Positions 37,292-50,279 of a stretch of DNA of 64,000 nucleotides are shown one piece after another. The notes beneath the pieces were generated by a model. That model worked only from the letters and a program-made list of their open reading frames with translations, was not told where the DNA came from and ran no database searches. Every line of letters starts with the position of its first letter. The stretch's first letter is position 1. The position numbers were made by a program, and so were the translations under genes. Source of the DNA: Phoronis australis (taxonomy: Eukaryota; Animalia; Phoronida); contig NMRA01000179.1 in assembly GCA_002633005.1 (NCBI GenBank), positions 70,254 to 134,253 of the forward strand. The letters are read 5' to 3'.

Positions 37292-40200
37292 CTGGAAAGA
37301 AGGGAGATCTTGGTTAGTTAAGAAGATAGCTCTATCTATTGAAATATGCCATTTAGTTCACAAGCCAAATGATTGCATGTTTACACATTGCTGTTGGCAG
37401 CTTTAAAACTTTAATGTTTCAAGACATACGTTTTGGTTTGAAACACCTCATGACTGCGTAAAACAGATTTGAATATAGTTTTCGTAAAGCGAGCGGTGTG
37501 ACGCTTGTGTAGCATCCTCCAGGCTGCAATGGCATAGTTTTCCATAACAAAACAAGTTGGTCATTGCGTAACGTGATGAACAAATAAAACTTCTTGGAAA
37601 TTAAGTGCAATACGTCACTCTATAATAACAGCGTTTAGAGTGTAGATCGGCAAATAAAAACAAACATTGACGCGTGTTGTTCACTGACGTTATACTAATT
37701 GTGAACACCTTTTTATTTTGAAAAGACGTCGAGTTTTAGACGTCTTCTCGGCACAACAGTAAAGTGTCCATAAGCCAGAACCTTAACTAGAACCATTATT
37801 ATTTACTTCAACCTAATTCGTTCCAATTGCAAAACCGGCCACAGGTATCCACGCTATGTTTAGATTTTTATCCTTGCAAATATTACCACTACCCCAGCGT
37901 TGCATTTGGATATTCAAGCGCGTGACAGAGGTTTTGCTTTCGAATATTGCTGCTTTGCCCAACCTAGCTGGCTAAAAAGTAAAAATCGAATTAGGCATTT
38001 TCCGCTCATAAAATTACATGTATTCCCCTACTATGATAGGATTCTATCTCCGTTACCATATCAAGCCACTAAGCAAAGTATATATGCGCTTTTTTCGAAT
38101 TCGCAATTTAAGTGTTCTATCGTTCTTGTTGGCAAAAGACGAAGAATCCTGTCACTGTAGTGAATTTTATGTGACCGAATTTCTGAGACTAAAAGGTGTA
38201 AGTCGATTTTCGCGTTTTAGCCAGATAAACCTGGCGAAACGCAACTTTAAATTTTGTCTTCGATCCTGGTTCCAGAATGATATTGAAAACTAAAAGGGTT
38301 ACGTCGCAACAGTGAAACAATCGAACATTAGTGTACAGTGCGAACCGCAAAACGCGTCTAACAAAATGGAATGTCGTACTTTAGGATAGTAAATCTTTTT
38401 AATTACGAATTCAGCGATATTTATTTCCATCAACAGATAGACTGACTGTACGTGAAAGTTGGTCAACGAATATTCTCTAAACGAGACTAAAAAACAGAGT
38501 CAACGCTTTCTAAACTAATTAGACAAAACGACAACTGTTACAAGCAGTAATGGTTTTCAGCTACATAAGCGGAATTTCTGTAAATGAAAAATGACAATAC
38601 TGACACCGTTAGAGGGGAATTAATGAATATTTAAGCACACACTTGGAAGTGACGCGATAAACAGCCGAGTAGTGGTAGCATTTGTAAAGTTTAAGGTTTA
38701 AATGACAGAAATTGAGCACACGTTACATTATTTCCCATAATTGCAAACTGACGAACAGTGAATCTTATTTTCATTGATCCAATTATCACAGTTAGTGATT
38801 TAAGGAGCGCAGCAAGCCAGGAGCGAAATTAACTAATCTATGCTCTATAAAAAAATCTCTTGAAACCCATGGGGTTAGGATCTAAAAAGAAGTCCCCCAC
38901 TCGGTATGAACTAGCTAATGGGTAGGGATAAACGGGAAGTCAATTTAGAACAAGTTCAGCATGAATTGACAATTAACAGAAATTCCAAAGCGCGAAGTCT
39001 TAACCGTCAAATCTTGCAAGTGAATTTCTCGAGCGAACAAACAAAACTAACAGTGTTCGAGAAAAGAAAAGAACGCTTTTAGGAGGTTAACACCTCCTCG
39101 AAGGTTTTGTCTCAGTTGGTGGCCTGTGAACATGCTAAACAGAAACCGACTAAAGAACGATTTAATAGGTAATTAAGAGCCCTGTACATTCTCATTGTTA
39201 GACAGGCTAAGGATCGAATGAAAACCAATCTATTGTTCCGAACAATGGTAAGTTTTGTTGTTAAGACAGTAGAATTCTACGCGACTGCAAGATGGATAAC
39301 ATGTGGAACACGATCGCCATGTCATCGACGCGATACTCAACAAGCTTTTGTTTTCGAGGATACGTTTTATTCAGTTCATTGAAAGGCGTGACAAATCCTG
39401 TTTGATAATTAGCTTACTGACACGTAGTTATGACGATACCCAACAGTGGTTGAATTTGAGTGCAGATGCATTTCCCCTGAAGATTTGGTGCATCAAATTT
39501 CATTCACGAATGACATCCCGGGGGTGGCAGGCATCCCATTATACTAAGCACATTCAGAGGTCGGGAAAGGTTACTTTAACAAGCAAGAAAAGCTAACATC
39601 AAATATGCTACATTGCATTGTACAGACCAGGGACTTAACAGTATGCAATCTTTGGTGATGCTTATAATTTAAAATCCCCATTCGTCGTGTAACAATTAAC
39701 TTGTGGCTGGCACTACAGCGACAAAATTACAATCCAATCTCTCTGAGGGAATTGATCAGGAATGGAACTGAATGTCTGAGATGAAGAATCGATATAAAAT
39801 GAAAAGAGTTAATTGGATTCGGCACAGTTACGTCGTTAAATTACAATGAAAAAAATCTTTGTGCACGAACAAAACGATTTTGAAATCAAGACCTTAAAAT
39901 TTAAATTTATCTGCTACTCTAAACACGTCAAAACACAATATCCGTTTTCATTGTGGTGCAGTCATGACATAAATCCAAAACCGCAAACACACATGCATTT
40001 TTCAAAGACTCAAAAAACGCGTTCAATTCCATGCAATATTTTGTAATATTACTTAGAGTTCAATATGCGCGAATCATTTGATTATTTATGGTCAATAAAG
40101 TAATGACATCAAAGATCGACTAAACACTCCCATTAGTCCAACGAACTGCAACAGGTCTGGGGGGGTTACACACTTAGGGTTGGTATAGAAGGGTGACGTT

Positions 40201-43200
40201 TTCATAGAGGTGCTTTGTCCAATTAGTTTACGCACGAATACGTTCCCTTTTAATGTCAAAAGTCCACAAAAAGATCCACTTTACAACAAAACTGCACAGA
40301 TAGGCTTCATATTATATTAAGGTGTGCTGTGTCAAAGGAACATCATCGGCGAGAAAAGTAATTATTTGCGATAAGCCCCTGTGCGAAATCGAACCTGGAA
40401 CCCTCGCGGACGCAATCAAACGCTCTGCTAGCGGATGTAAATCCCACTCGAAAAAATGCAACGAATAAAACAGCTTGTGTTTTTTAAACTTCTACCAAAG
40501 GATTACTTTGGCAAAGAGTTCACGAAATGAAGATATAACAGTTAAGCTAACAACAAATGGTTTCCATTCAATTACGCTTGACATCCAAAGGGCGGGGTTA
40601 TATCTTCTCAACTATCTAAAAGGTGGGCAAACTAATTTCTCAGCGGCACACCCTAACGCCGAGTAAACTCCGGATAGCAGGCCCAGCGGTGTCACGTACA
40701 ATTATGACTTGTGCCTGTCATGACTGGTGTTCATGACGCAAGTGAATTGAGTTCGTGACAATTTTTGCTATTAAAGTCCTCAGGGACCCTACTGGACGCT
40801 ACCTCGAGACTTAAACGCGGAAAATTGGATGAACTCGCGTGCCATCTATATCGCCAGACTCTGTAATTGTCATTTTAAAGTTGTTGATCTAATAGATTCA
40901 TTAACCTAAAAACAAACATGTTCGTGCATTATACAAACTTTTTGTGTACTTCCTTATTTATGGCGTCTCAAAATGAATTAACTATTTCGTCAAAAAATGA
41001 ATATTCATATTGCCAAATTTGACTGACGCTGGGAAATACTAAACATGACATCGAGTAGAAGAGTCTACATCTGCAAGCAAAATGCATTCTCATAAGTTGT
41101 CCTGTGTTTTTCTTCGAGTTAATTCGTGGATAAGACAATAGTATTTCCTCAAGGGCTTTCAATGCATGCTGAATGAAATCTTGAGTTTTCTGAGGTGAGG
41201 ATCTAACGCCTGCTGAGTCGATTTTCTATTGGCACAACTGTCATGAGAGTACATGTAGACATAGTGCTCTCAGAGAGTCGATAATGACACACCGTCATGA
41301 CCCATGGTCAATGAATATGGTAGTGAGTCTAATTCCATTACGCCGAGAAAACGACAGGTGACCAGACAAGTCGTCCCCGATCCCATGTTATGTTTTCTAC
41401 CTTTAGATAAGTACAAATGCCCCGGAGCTCAATGAGAAGCTATGTACTTCATTTTTTTGAGTCGTTGCGTCCGTGTTCCGTGATTGACATGTGATTTGAA
41501 GCCTGTAATCTACTCCCACGTGTAAGTTATCATAGTCGTTTAAACCCAAACAGACTTTTATATCAGTTTAGAGTTTGATCAACGGGCCATCTTCTTTCGT
41601 TAGAAGTCGCGACGACCGATTTCATTGTTACCAGGAAGACGTTACGGTATTTATTATGGTAATGTCTTCCTGCTTTAACGCAGAAACTTGACGCGACGAC
41701 GATGTTTCTTTAGGAAAGATAACAAATGTCATAACTGATAAGCCAGCGTTGATATTTCTTCCAAGTTTCATGTCGAATACAGGACATTGGCTTCATTTTT
41801 TTCGAAATGTACTTGCGTTTGCTTTTTGTCACTTATTTCCGACGGACATGCATTATCTTTTATCACACTTGAAAAGTAAGAGTTCGCAAGGGTGCTATTA
41901 AACAGTAGAATGACTTTTTGTTTGCTTAAACCCTCGCCTTAACGGTAAGCCCTTGCCTCTCACAATGTGTCACGTATCGTTTTCTCCAATAAGACAAAGT
42001 AACACGACACGAATTCCGACAACAAGAGGAATCATCATCATTTTACATTCGGCATGACGTCACACCTTCATTTTACAGGCGCGTCATTGTTCTTAAGTTT
42101 CCATTCAAAGTGACCCAGGACTTATGACAGACAATTGGTCTTATGCTGCCACAACTTCACAGTTCCTGAATAATAGTTTATTGAGCAACTGTCAAGTGTG
42201 AGTCACTTGTCATGAAACAGACCCCAAGTTCACATCATACGTCACAAATTATGAAATATTTCAATAAGAGTGTAAATTGTATTCAGCTATCGTCGTTGGT
42301 ATAAACACGCGGTACTCAGTGGTCTGCACGCCGCGGGTCTTTATTTACGACGCAGGCATGCAGTACAGGTACAGCAGTAGCTATCACAGAACACTACATT
42401 ATCGACACAAGACGCGCGGTCCTCTAATGGAAAAGAAACTTTTAATTACGCGGATTTCACTGATATAAAATTGATCTCAACTTGTTTCTTACTTTAGGGA
42501 CAGGTGGCTCCCGGATTTGGAAAAAAATGACACCTCGTTATTGTTTGAGACCACGCTCAGCGCATAAAGTGACACACCGTCAAACTGTAGAGTCTGATCT
42601 CAATCCAAAACGAGTTGTCAGTTCTTTTCAAGAGGAGAAATCACTTCAGAAAACAGCTTCACAACGGGAAGTGGACCAATCTTCAGTTGGCTTTCATGAT
42701 GGACGGCTGCTAGAAGTCTTTGCACAAAATAAAGGCCACACATCGTACGCAAGCTTGTGCGCCCCTTACCGCCATCCTTTACCACAGGTGTACGTGACTC
42801 CGAGAATTTTGTTAAAGGGGCGATGCCGGAAAAACAGTATGATCGAAAACAATATATGTAACTAGATTAACCAACCGGCGCGTGCCACTGGTTTTCGAAG
42901 TATTTTAACTAACAGTTCATGGGCTTTTAATGGGGGATATATGTCTTTGTCCTTACAAACGTTCTTGTAAGTTATATGATGAATCATCTTCACCATCTCT
43001 TGTTTACGAGGTTAAAAAGTCACTATTGCATTCTTACGGGAAGCAAAATATGAATAGGCTAGGATTCATCGGAAAGTATTCGTTTGACAATTGTGAAGTA
43101 TACACGTTATTCTCACCAAACTTTCGGGCGACGTGGTCTTTCTGCAGGATTTTGCTTCATGGCAAAACATAATGAAAATCGCGGTTGAGTTTGATATTTC

Positions 43201-43907
43201 ATGACAAGACTCACATATCTATCTCCTGTAGAAATTTGCAAGGAAAATTTACATTGTAATTAGTCTTACTTCAAATAAAATATCAGACTGTCAACAGTTA
43301 CGCCACGCTGTCCTGTCGTCTAATACATGCTGTCACCAACCTATCCAACTTCAGCGCGCGATTCATCAGGAAATATTAATTGTCTGTGTATGATTGATGG
43401 AAATATGAACAAAAAAATTAACGAGTTGAAGCTTGATATCGCGCCATATTCTGCAATGCACCACCAATCAAAGACATTGCCATGTGATTTCCCAATTGAC
43501 AAAACACACAAACTCGTCGATATTTTCGCGACGCTTCCGACCGCTTACACCTTACATGAATGAGAAATCCAATATAACCAATTACACACTCGGTGTAGAC
43601 TTGGTCGCATTCAAAACCGTCGCAGATCGCGTTAATACCCAATAATAGAACATTCTTCACTTTCGCTACCTAATCGCCATCGATCTTCGACGCAAGAGTG
43701 TTTGTCTTACCATTATCTGAATTTGAAAAAATACGGAAGAGGTCACTTGTGGAACAAGTTCATGTGTATTATTGACGTACTAATAGTCCCAGTCATTGCT
43801 TGAGTGAAACCGATGTTTCTAGAAATGGGTCATCTAAACTATGAGTTCGTGTTGGAAGCGGATTATATTTTGCCAGAAAATGGTCAACACAGGTGTAAAT
43901 CATATTG

Positions 43908-44053
43908 CGTGGGCGGAGCACCTTAGGGGGTTCGGGGGGCTATAGTCCCCTCACTTTTTTCAGTCTACGCCGCGCATGGTATATAGGCGATGCACCACAG
44001 GGGACTGAGGGTCGCTTTAGCCCCCCACTTTTTTCAGTGCTGCGCCGCTTATG
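43908..44053. mobile_element. Degenerate MITE in the neuropeptide gene intron
   Basis: CGTGGGCGGAGCAC ... GTGCTGCGCCGCTTATG with internal direct repeat CACTTTTTTCAGT. Confidence 0.5.
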
Positions 44054-44520
44054 TTAATTAGGAATCCGTTTAAACCACTTCGAAGTTTTTTCCATTCTAA
44101 TCAGATAATTGAAATTATAAGTGAAAGAAATGATACGCATTTGAGACCGATCACGGTGTGTAATTTGAATCCAGAATTTCCAAAAGCCATGCACCTTTTC
44201 CGTAAAGCGATCCGGCACGATCGATTAATCAGTTTTCAAGATAAGAACTTACAACGCAGTCTTGAATTGATTTGATTGCTTCAAGTCATTCATGATTCGA
44301 AATGCCAATGCATGTGTTTGAAAGAGGAAATATCATGTTCTATTGAGAAATTAAACTTTTTATTAAGCATTTACGTCAGGTTAAGCCTGATAGGTTATTG
44401 TGAATACAAGACTCGCAGAGTCTTTTAAAAATAGTTTCAACATCAAAAATACGTTAAGTTTGCAAAATAGGATCTCGTGGCAGAGAAATAAAGAAAACAA
44501 CAAAAGCAAAGACAACTTAC

Positions 44521-44701
44521 TAGGTCTTTTTACCCTATGTCGGGCATTTACTGTCGCGTATCCTGGTGAGCGTTTGTGAAGTGCCAATGTCTTTTTGTGT
44601 ATTGCACGAGAGTCCACGGTAGCGTAACACAAAATCCACAGAATCAGCATCACGCAAAAAGTTAATCGAGAGATTTTCCGCAAGTCCATCACCGAATCCA
44701 T
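44521..44701 (-). CDS. Neuropeptide/hormone precursor, first coding exon (signal peptide plus propeptide)
   Basis: MDSVMDLRKISRLTFCVMLILWILCYATVDS-RAIHKKTLALHKRSPGYATVNARHRVKRP; basic N-region, hydrophobic core, KR and RVKR sites. Acceptor tcttttccag at 44718-44727 (exon starts 44717); donor A|GTAAGT, phase 1. Confidence 0.82.
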
Positions 44702-44774
44702 CGCACCTTTTCCGAATCTGGAAAAGACCATCACAGTTTGGTAAGCAAATAGTTTTTGCACTACTTTCACTCAC

Positions 44775-45035
44775 GTTAGAGCGCTGGCGAACACCGCTCA
44801 AGTTTATCGTCTGCTTTGACGTCTCCAATAACTTTATAACTTCTGACGCAAACAAACCTTTTCCACACGTATGCCTTCAAAATCAGAGTAAGGTAATTGC
44901 AAATCAAATATCTTATGATTCGGGTCTTTTTAATACAAGCCCATACAGCTGTACGTTTGATTTCTGTCGTTTTGAGAAGCCCCGTGGTCTTAAATACAAC
45001 CCAGGAACGTGTCACGTGTCAAAAGTGGTCACGTG
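44775..45035 (-). promoter_or_regulatory. Candidate promoter and short non-coding exon 1 of the neuropeptide gene
   Basis: TATAAA (minus) 44833-44838; AAC|GTGAGT donor at 44774 giving a 57-nt intron to 44718; CRE-like TGACGTCT 44817-44824 and TGACGCA 44844-44850; two GTCACGTG E-boxes at about 45011-45035. Confidence 0.5.
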
Positions 45036-47829
45036 GCATTCATTCACAATTTAGACACACCCACTGCGCGTGTAAACAGTGGTCGTGTGTCTTAAACTTA
45101 CAGTAACTGTGTGTTCAATCGTTGCTTTGATTTATTTGTCAATAAAAGGGTCTTTGACGAGTTTACATTAGGCACATTAAGAAAATCGTTCGATGCTGTG
45201 TGACACTTATACTGGGAAAGTAAGAAGAAAACATTTCCTCTAACTCAAAAAGGAACGCCTTTTTGTTGCATTAAAATGATCTCGCTCTCGGGCTTGCACC
45301 ATATTCTGATGTTCTGAAATTTTTACGTTTTACGTCACAGCCAAAGTGCACGTGTTGCAGTTGAGAAAGCGTAAATCGCGTGGAAACATCCCTCAAAATG
45401 AAATACTTGAGGAATTTCTGGAATATGGCAAGACCGTAGAAGACAAGAGTTGTTTCGCTTTCCGCACACTGTCGTCCTCTACGACAGCATTTTAAGGTAG
45501 TATCGAAGAGAACTGTTCACTCAAAGCGCTAAAGGAAATCAGAATGTTTTAGAATTATGAGTGTTATGTCAGATAATTACATTTGAGTACTGACATTTTC
45601 TCACCTGCCACTAAATGCTGACAGACGCTTACATTTGTATGTACCCACGTCCGGTAGCTGCTAACGACTTGTCATGTGCTAATACTGTTTCTCTAAATGA
45701 CGGATTTCTGAGTCAAGCTAAGCGAAAATACGTTGTGATTTAGACTGCTGAATCTTTACAAAACAAACCATACACATTCAAAATAGGAGTTGTGGTTTGT
45801 ACAACTTCAAGGTTACTCTTAATACCAAATTTCAAACACTTCTCAAAACGTCATGGAAATGTGCTGCTCTTTAAAAATGTATGACTTTGCTTTTCTTCAA
45901 GCTGGGTAACTCACAATGAGCGCCGTAACACTTTACGTCCACCTACTTTAGAGGAAAATTTCGTTTTGTTTCAATGACTAGCGATACGGTTTTGCCTGAC
46001 ATGTCCCAAGAGATGAACTCATTGACGGGGTATACAGTGTAAGGTACAGTTATCGAGCACAAACATGATCAAACCATTGCACGCGTTTGGGGGCAGAAAG
46101 CGACCATAACGCTTGTCTGTGGACATGCACAGTGTTAAAGAGTGACACTGCGTGTGCATGTCCTGGGAATCCCAAATACATGTAGTGCCTTTATTGCCAT
46201 TGGACACGTGTTGTTTTGATGTTATGTTCGACAGTGGAAATGATTCAACCTCTGTAACAGTTGTAGTATTCCAAAAGTTGACGTGGGTCCTTCTTTGTCT
46301 GGGGTGGGCCCGACTTCGTCCGCGGTGAGCCTCGTAAGCAACATTTGTGGAATATTAAACAGTCTTAAAACTTTATTAACGATGGTTTGAATTTGGTTCA
46401 AACTTTTCGACTTCCGGGACAAGAAGCGTATTTCAATCTCTCTTTAAAACTGTACCAGATTTCGCCCGGTTTAGCTAACTGAAAATCTAAAATGGATTAA
46501 GACCCTTTACTCCTATAAAATCGGCCTCGTAACATGTCTTACTGGGATATGATACCAGCTCAAGTACCCCCGCAATGTGTTCATGCGCCCGCATTTTCAA
46601 ATTTGCAATTTTAAGGTTATCCAATCCCAATAATCTCCGAACCATTTCCGGTTAGGCTGATGGTCTCGATGCTTCTGTTGCTGCCGGAAATAGAATCCTA
46701 TCTTGGCAAGGAATATTGCAGGACCGGTTTTATGAAAATATGACGTGCAATTCGATTTTCGTTTTTATTGGCCAGCTTTAAATTCATGACAAATTTTATT
46801 TCGATGCGTAATTGAGGCTAACAAAATAAAATCAAGACAAGAAGATTAATTACCAATGTAGACCACTGCCTAGTAAGAAGCATGTTTAATTTCCTCGTCC
46901 GGTCCCTCACCCACCCCCTCAGTCCCATCTCCCAAGGCGTAATAAGCCCTGCAGTGAAGGAAATATCGAAGCCTACAGCAGTTGTTGATATTGTTCACCA
47001 ATTTTCTAAGATTAGCGCAATTTCTTGCTGAAATTGTGTTTTATTTAGCACAATCTTCGACATTGACACCCGTGTATTGATGAATGGCAAACTTTGTAAG
47101 TGGCTCGGAACAATAAAGTAATTCCTTAGGTAAACAGCGGCCCACGTGCTCGTTGACAGTAGTATTGATTATACCCGTTAATGTCAATATCAAAAGCGCG
47201 TGCGCTTACGCGTGTGTTTACCGCACTGCTATTTTAATCGTACGCTACGCTACTAACTTCAGGAATCACGCAACGTTATGATGTCACTCTCAAATTTGAT
47301 TGAATTTTGATTGCAATAGAAATGTAACGTTTTAACAGGAGTGCGGAACTGCCTCGTACAAAGTGCATGCATTAAGGTCATTACGAATCGATAGCCACAA
47401 GTTAGTTTTACGAACGCTACAATTCAAGTAAAAGTTGCATAAGTTAGTTACAGAACAATGGTGAGGATTGTGCGACACTAAGCGTAGGCTTCACGTCCGT
47501 TGAAACACCTATAAACCCCCCTCCCATGACACTAAAAATGATTCAGACCACTTAGCGTTATGAAATTGGTCTCAAATTGTTCCTCAGTCAACTTGATCCA
47601 GTACTTGGCGGAAGTCTCTGACAGATCGCCAATGCTTAAGATCAAGCTTTACAAGTTGGCTTGCCACGGCGAGTCATTTCATGAACCGAGCTCGGTCTTT
47701 AGGAATAACGAACTACTAAACAGTTATTTGCAAATTCAGAAAAAACGTCCCATCAGACAAAAGAAAGAGCTGAAGCTAGTTTCATAACGGATTTATAACC
47801 GCTTTGAATTACATGGTAATTTTTGAATT

Positions 47830-48300
47830 TCGGACCCATTTCCATGGCGTCCTCCACTCTCAGCAGGATATACGTACAGGACGTCCTTTATCATGTACAG
47901 CTTAAAGAAACATTTCATCTTGTTCAGCTGGCCTTTATAAAATCGTTCTCATAATTTTCCTTACAGTGATTGGGTTCTTCATGTATTTCCATCAGCGACT
48001 CAAGAAACCACTTCAAACTTTATTCGACTTGACTAACCAACCCTAAAAATGCTAACTTTTGCAGTTCGGACCAATTTCCATGGCTCCCTTCGCCCTCAAC
48101 AGGATGAACGTAGACGACCTGTCACGTGCAACGTAAAGCCTGCTTTGCTTTGAATAGCTGGCTAAAAACGGAAATTAATTCAGGTGTTTTACTATAACAA
48201 AATCGTTCCCATAATATCCCGTACCGCGGCAAGCTTCTACATGTATTTCCGTTACTAACATGAACATCAAAACCATCGGCGATCCAAGAAAACGCTTCGG
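47830..48300 (+). repeat. Diverged tandem duplication, about 235-bp unit x2
   Basis: TCGGACC.ATTTCCATGGC...CAGGAT...AAAATCGTT..CATAAT...CATGTATTTCC occurs twice. Confidence 0.7.
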
Positions 48301-48576
48301 ATTTTATTGGGGTTGCATGATTTACCCTAAAATTGTGAAAATGGCGCTGAATGCCTACGACTTGATAAAGGAGTTGAACTCTATCATGAGAACGATATTA
48401 TAGGAGTTGAAAAAAAGACATTTGATTTTCTTTTTTAGCTAGCTTAACAGGGCGAATGTTCTTTAAATGTTGCGTAATCGTCTCATGACGTACATGTAGG
48501 TTTGTCATGATCATACGCCCACCCAGTCTAATGGTCTCATTACGTACATATAAATGACGAATAGGTTTGCCATATT

Positions 48577-48828
48577 CATGCGCGCATCCGGGGGGCTCCA
48601 ATTTTTGACAAATTTGGACCTTTTCCTAAAAAATAAAAACGGGACTAAAACAAAAAAGGGGTTCGTTCAGAGCTATGAATTGTGCATTCGCCGAATTCCT
48701 GCCTCTTTAGAGGACTTTTGTCTTGTTGTCTTGTTTTCTCGGACTTTTTGTTTCTCTTGGGCGGACCTTTAGGCGCCCACACCGCCAAATGGGGGGAGGG
48801 GGGCGAGCCCCCCCTGGGTGCGCGCATG
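48577..48828. mobile_element. MITE with about 22-bp TIR
   Basis: CATGCGCGCATCCGGGGGGCTC ... GAGCCCCCCCTGGGTGCGCGCATG. Confidence 0.7.
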
Positions 48829-50138
48829 ATGATCAGGACAGCCCTGCTTCGCACCGATTTTCTTTTGCAACGAGTCCGGCGCACGGTAATATTAGAAACT
48901 TTCAAGTAGAAATTGTTCAAACAACTTGGGTCGTAAGAAACACAAGGCAGAAAACGTTTTCAGTAAATGGGCTAGAACAGCAGGGACATCGCAACGTAGA
49001 GCGTTGGAACTACTAACGTTAGTTGTATAGATATTGAGCCATATGGAACGCTTGCTAATTGGGCATGAACAATTTGAACAATGTCATCGTGACATCTCAA
49101 CTGTGCGTTACCCAAGTCAAGGTTGACTTATCCGTCAAAACGAGGAAATTAATGAGGGGGCACTTAATCGAGTTAAACTTTTTTGTTTAAACAATTGGAT
49201 AAACTCTGTTTACTACGTCTGCAGACAACAATACGCTAAAAAAGTGTTGGTAAACGTATGTGTTTTAAACAGTTATACACTGCTACCATTACAACAACAT
49301 GTTTGAAGCTGGCCCCAGCTAAAATAAATCTTAAATGTCTTGAGTTTGGAGCTCTGGAACCGGTGACGTTCAAAACAAGTCATCTATCCCTTAAGAAAGT
49401 AAAGTTACCAGTAGTTCTTTTACTCTTGTCTCGTTCGAGCATTGCAAAAGCTTGAGCCTTTAACATTTTTCACCGAATTCGAACATCGAACAAGTTTCTT
49501 TAGTCGAAAAGGCATGGACTTGTTACAAAAGTCCATGTGTATCAATAAAATAAAAAACCTTTCGTTGATTGTACACTTGGATATGTTTTTGTTATCAAGT
49601 TTTCGAAGTGTAGTATATGAATGGTCAGAAATTCGCAATTAAAGTGGAAGTACACAATCGGTTTTACGCCGATCAAACGTGGCATTCTGGAGGTTATTTT
49701 TAGCAGGATTGGGTTCTTGAAATTATCAGATTTGAGCAGAGCTATAGCACAATCTGTAGCTTTATTACATATATCGCCAATTCCGCATAACTAAATCGAG
49801 GCGGCGACCTCATCACCTGTTTCGTTACTGGACGCCGTGAAAATGGCCGAGAAAAAGAGAAATAGACAGGAACGTAGTACATTGGAGGAGTAACTTCTCT
49901 AGAATATGCATTTTGTGAATGAAATCGAGGGCTGGACTGCCGTGCGGGACGAGCTAAACAATTTCAGAAATACAGACGAAGCTCGCTCGAGTATGTAGCC
50001 GAACAAACTTGCAGGCCTCTCTCCTGGTCCCTGAATTAGCTTGACGAGTTTGATTTACTTTAACCTAATGGTTAAATTATGCTGTTTTGGAGGTTAACTA
50101 TTACCAGAGTACTTTCACGTAGACTTACACCTGGCGTG

Positions 50139-50279
50139 CGTTCAGTATACGCTAGGACCTACGCTAGGACCTAGCTAAAACCTAGTCAAAGGCACGTGTT
50201 CTCATTTAAAATACACGACAATATCTCACGTAATCTCGCGAAGTCTTGCTTTTTAGCGAGGTCCTAGCGTTACTGAACG
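50139..50279. repeat. Inverted repeat / small MITE
   Basis: CGTTCAGTATACGCTAGGACCT..GCTAAAA versus TTTTAGCGAGGTCCTAGCGTTACTGAACG. Confidence 0.6.

Noticed and set aside
39417-39476. Possible extra minus-strand exon in the neuropeptide intron
   Set aside because: Moderate splice sites only and no recognisable peptide features; not needed for the gene model.
42482-42865. 127-aa plus-strand ORF inside the neuropeptide intron
   Set aside because: Non-ATG start, no recognisable domain, no supporting splice partners.
44381-44770. 129-aa ORF as a complete single-exon protein
   Set aside because: Runs through a GTAAGT donor at 44520 into T-rich intron and starts upstream of the acceptor at 44718; only 44701-44521 is considered coding.
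45605-45610. 6-nt microexon-like motif ttag|TGGCAG|gtgaga on the minus strand
   Set aside because: Lies upstream of the candidate promoter with a poor polypyrimidine tract; shows such motifs can arise by chance.
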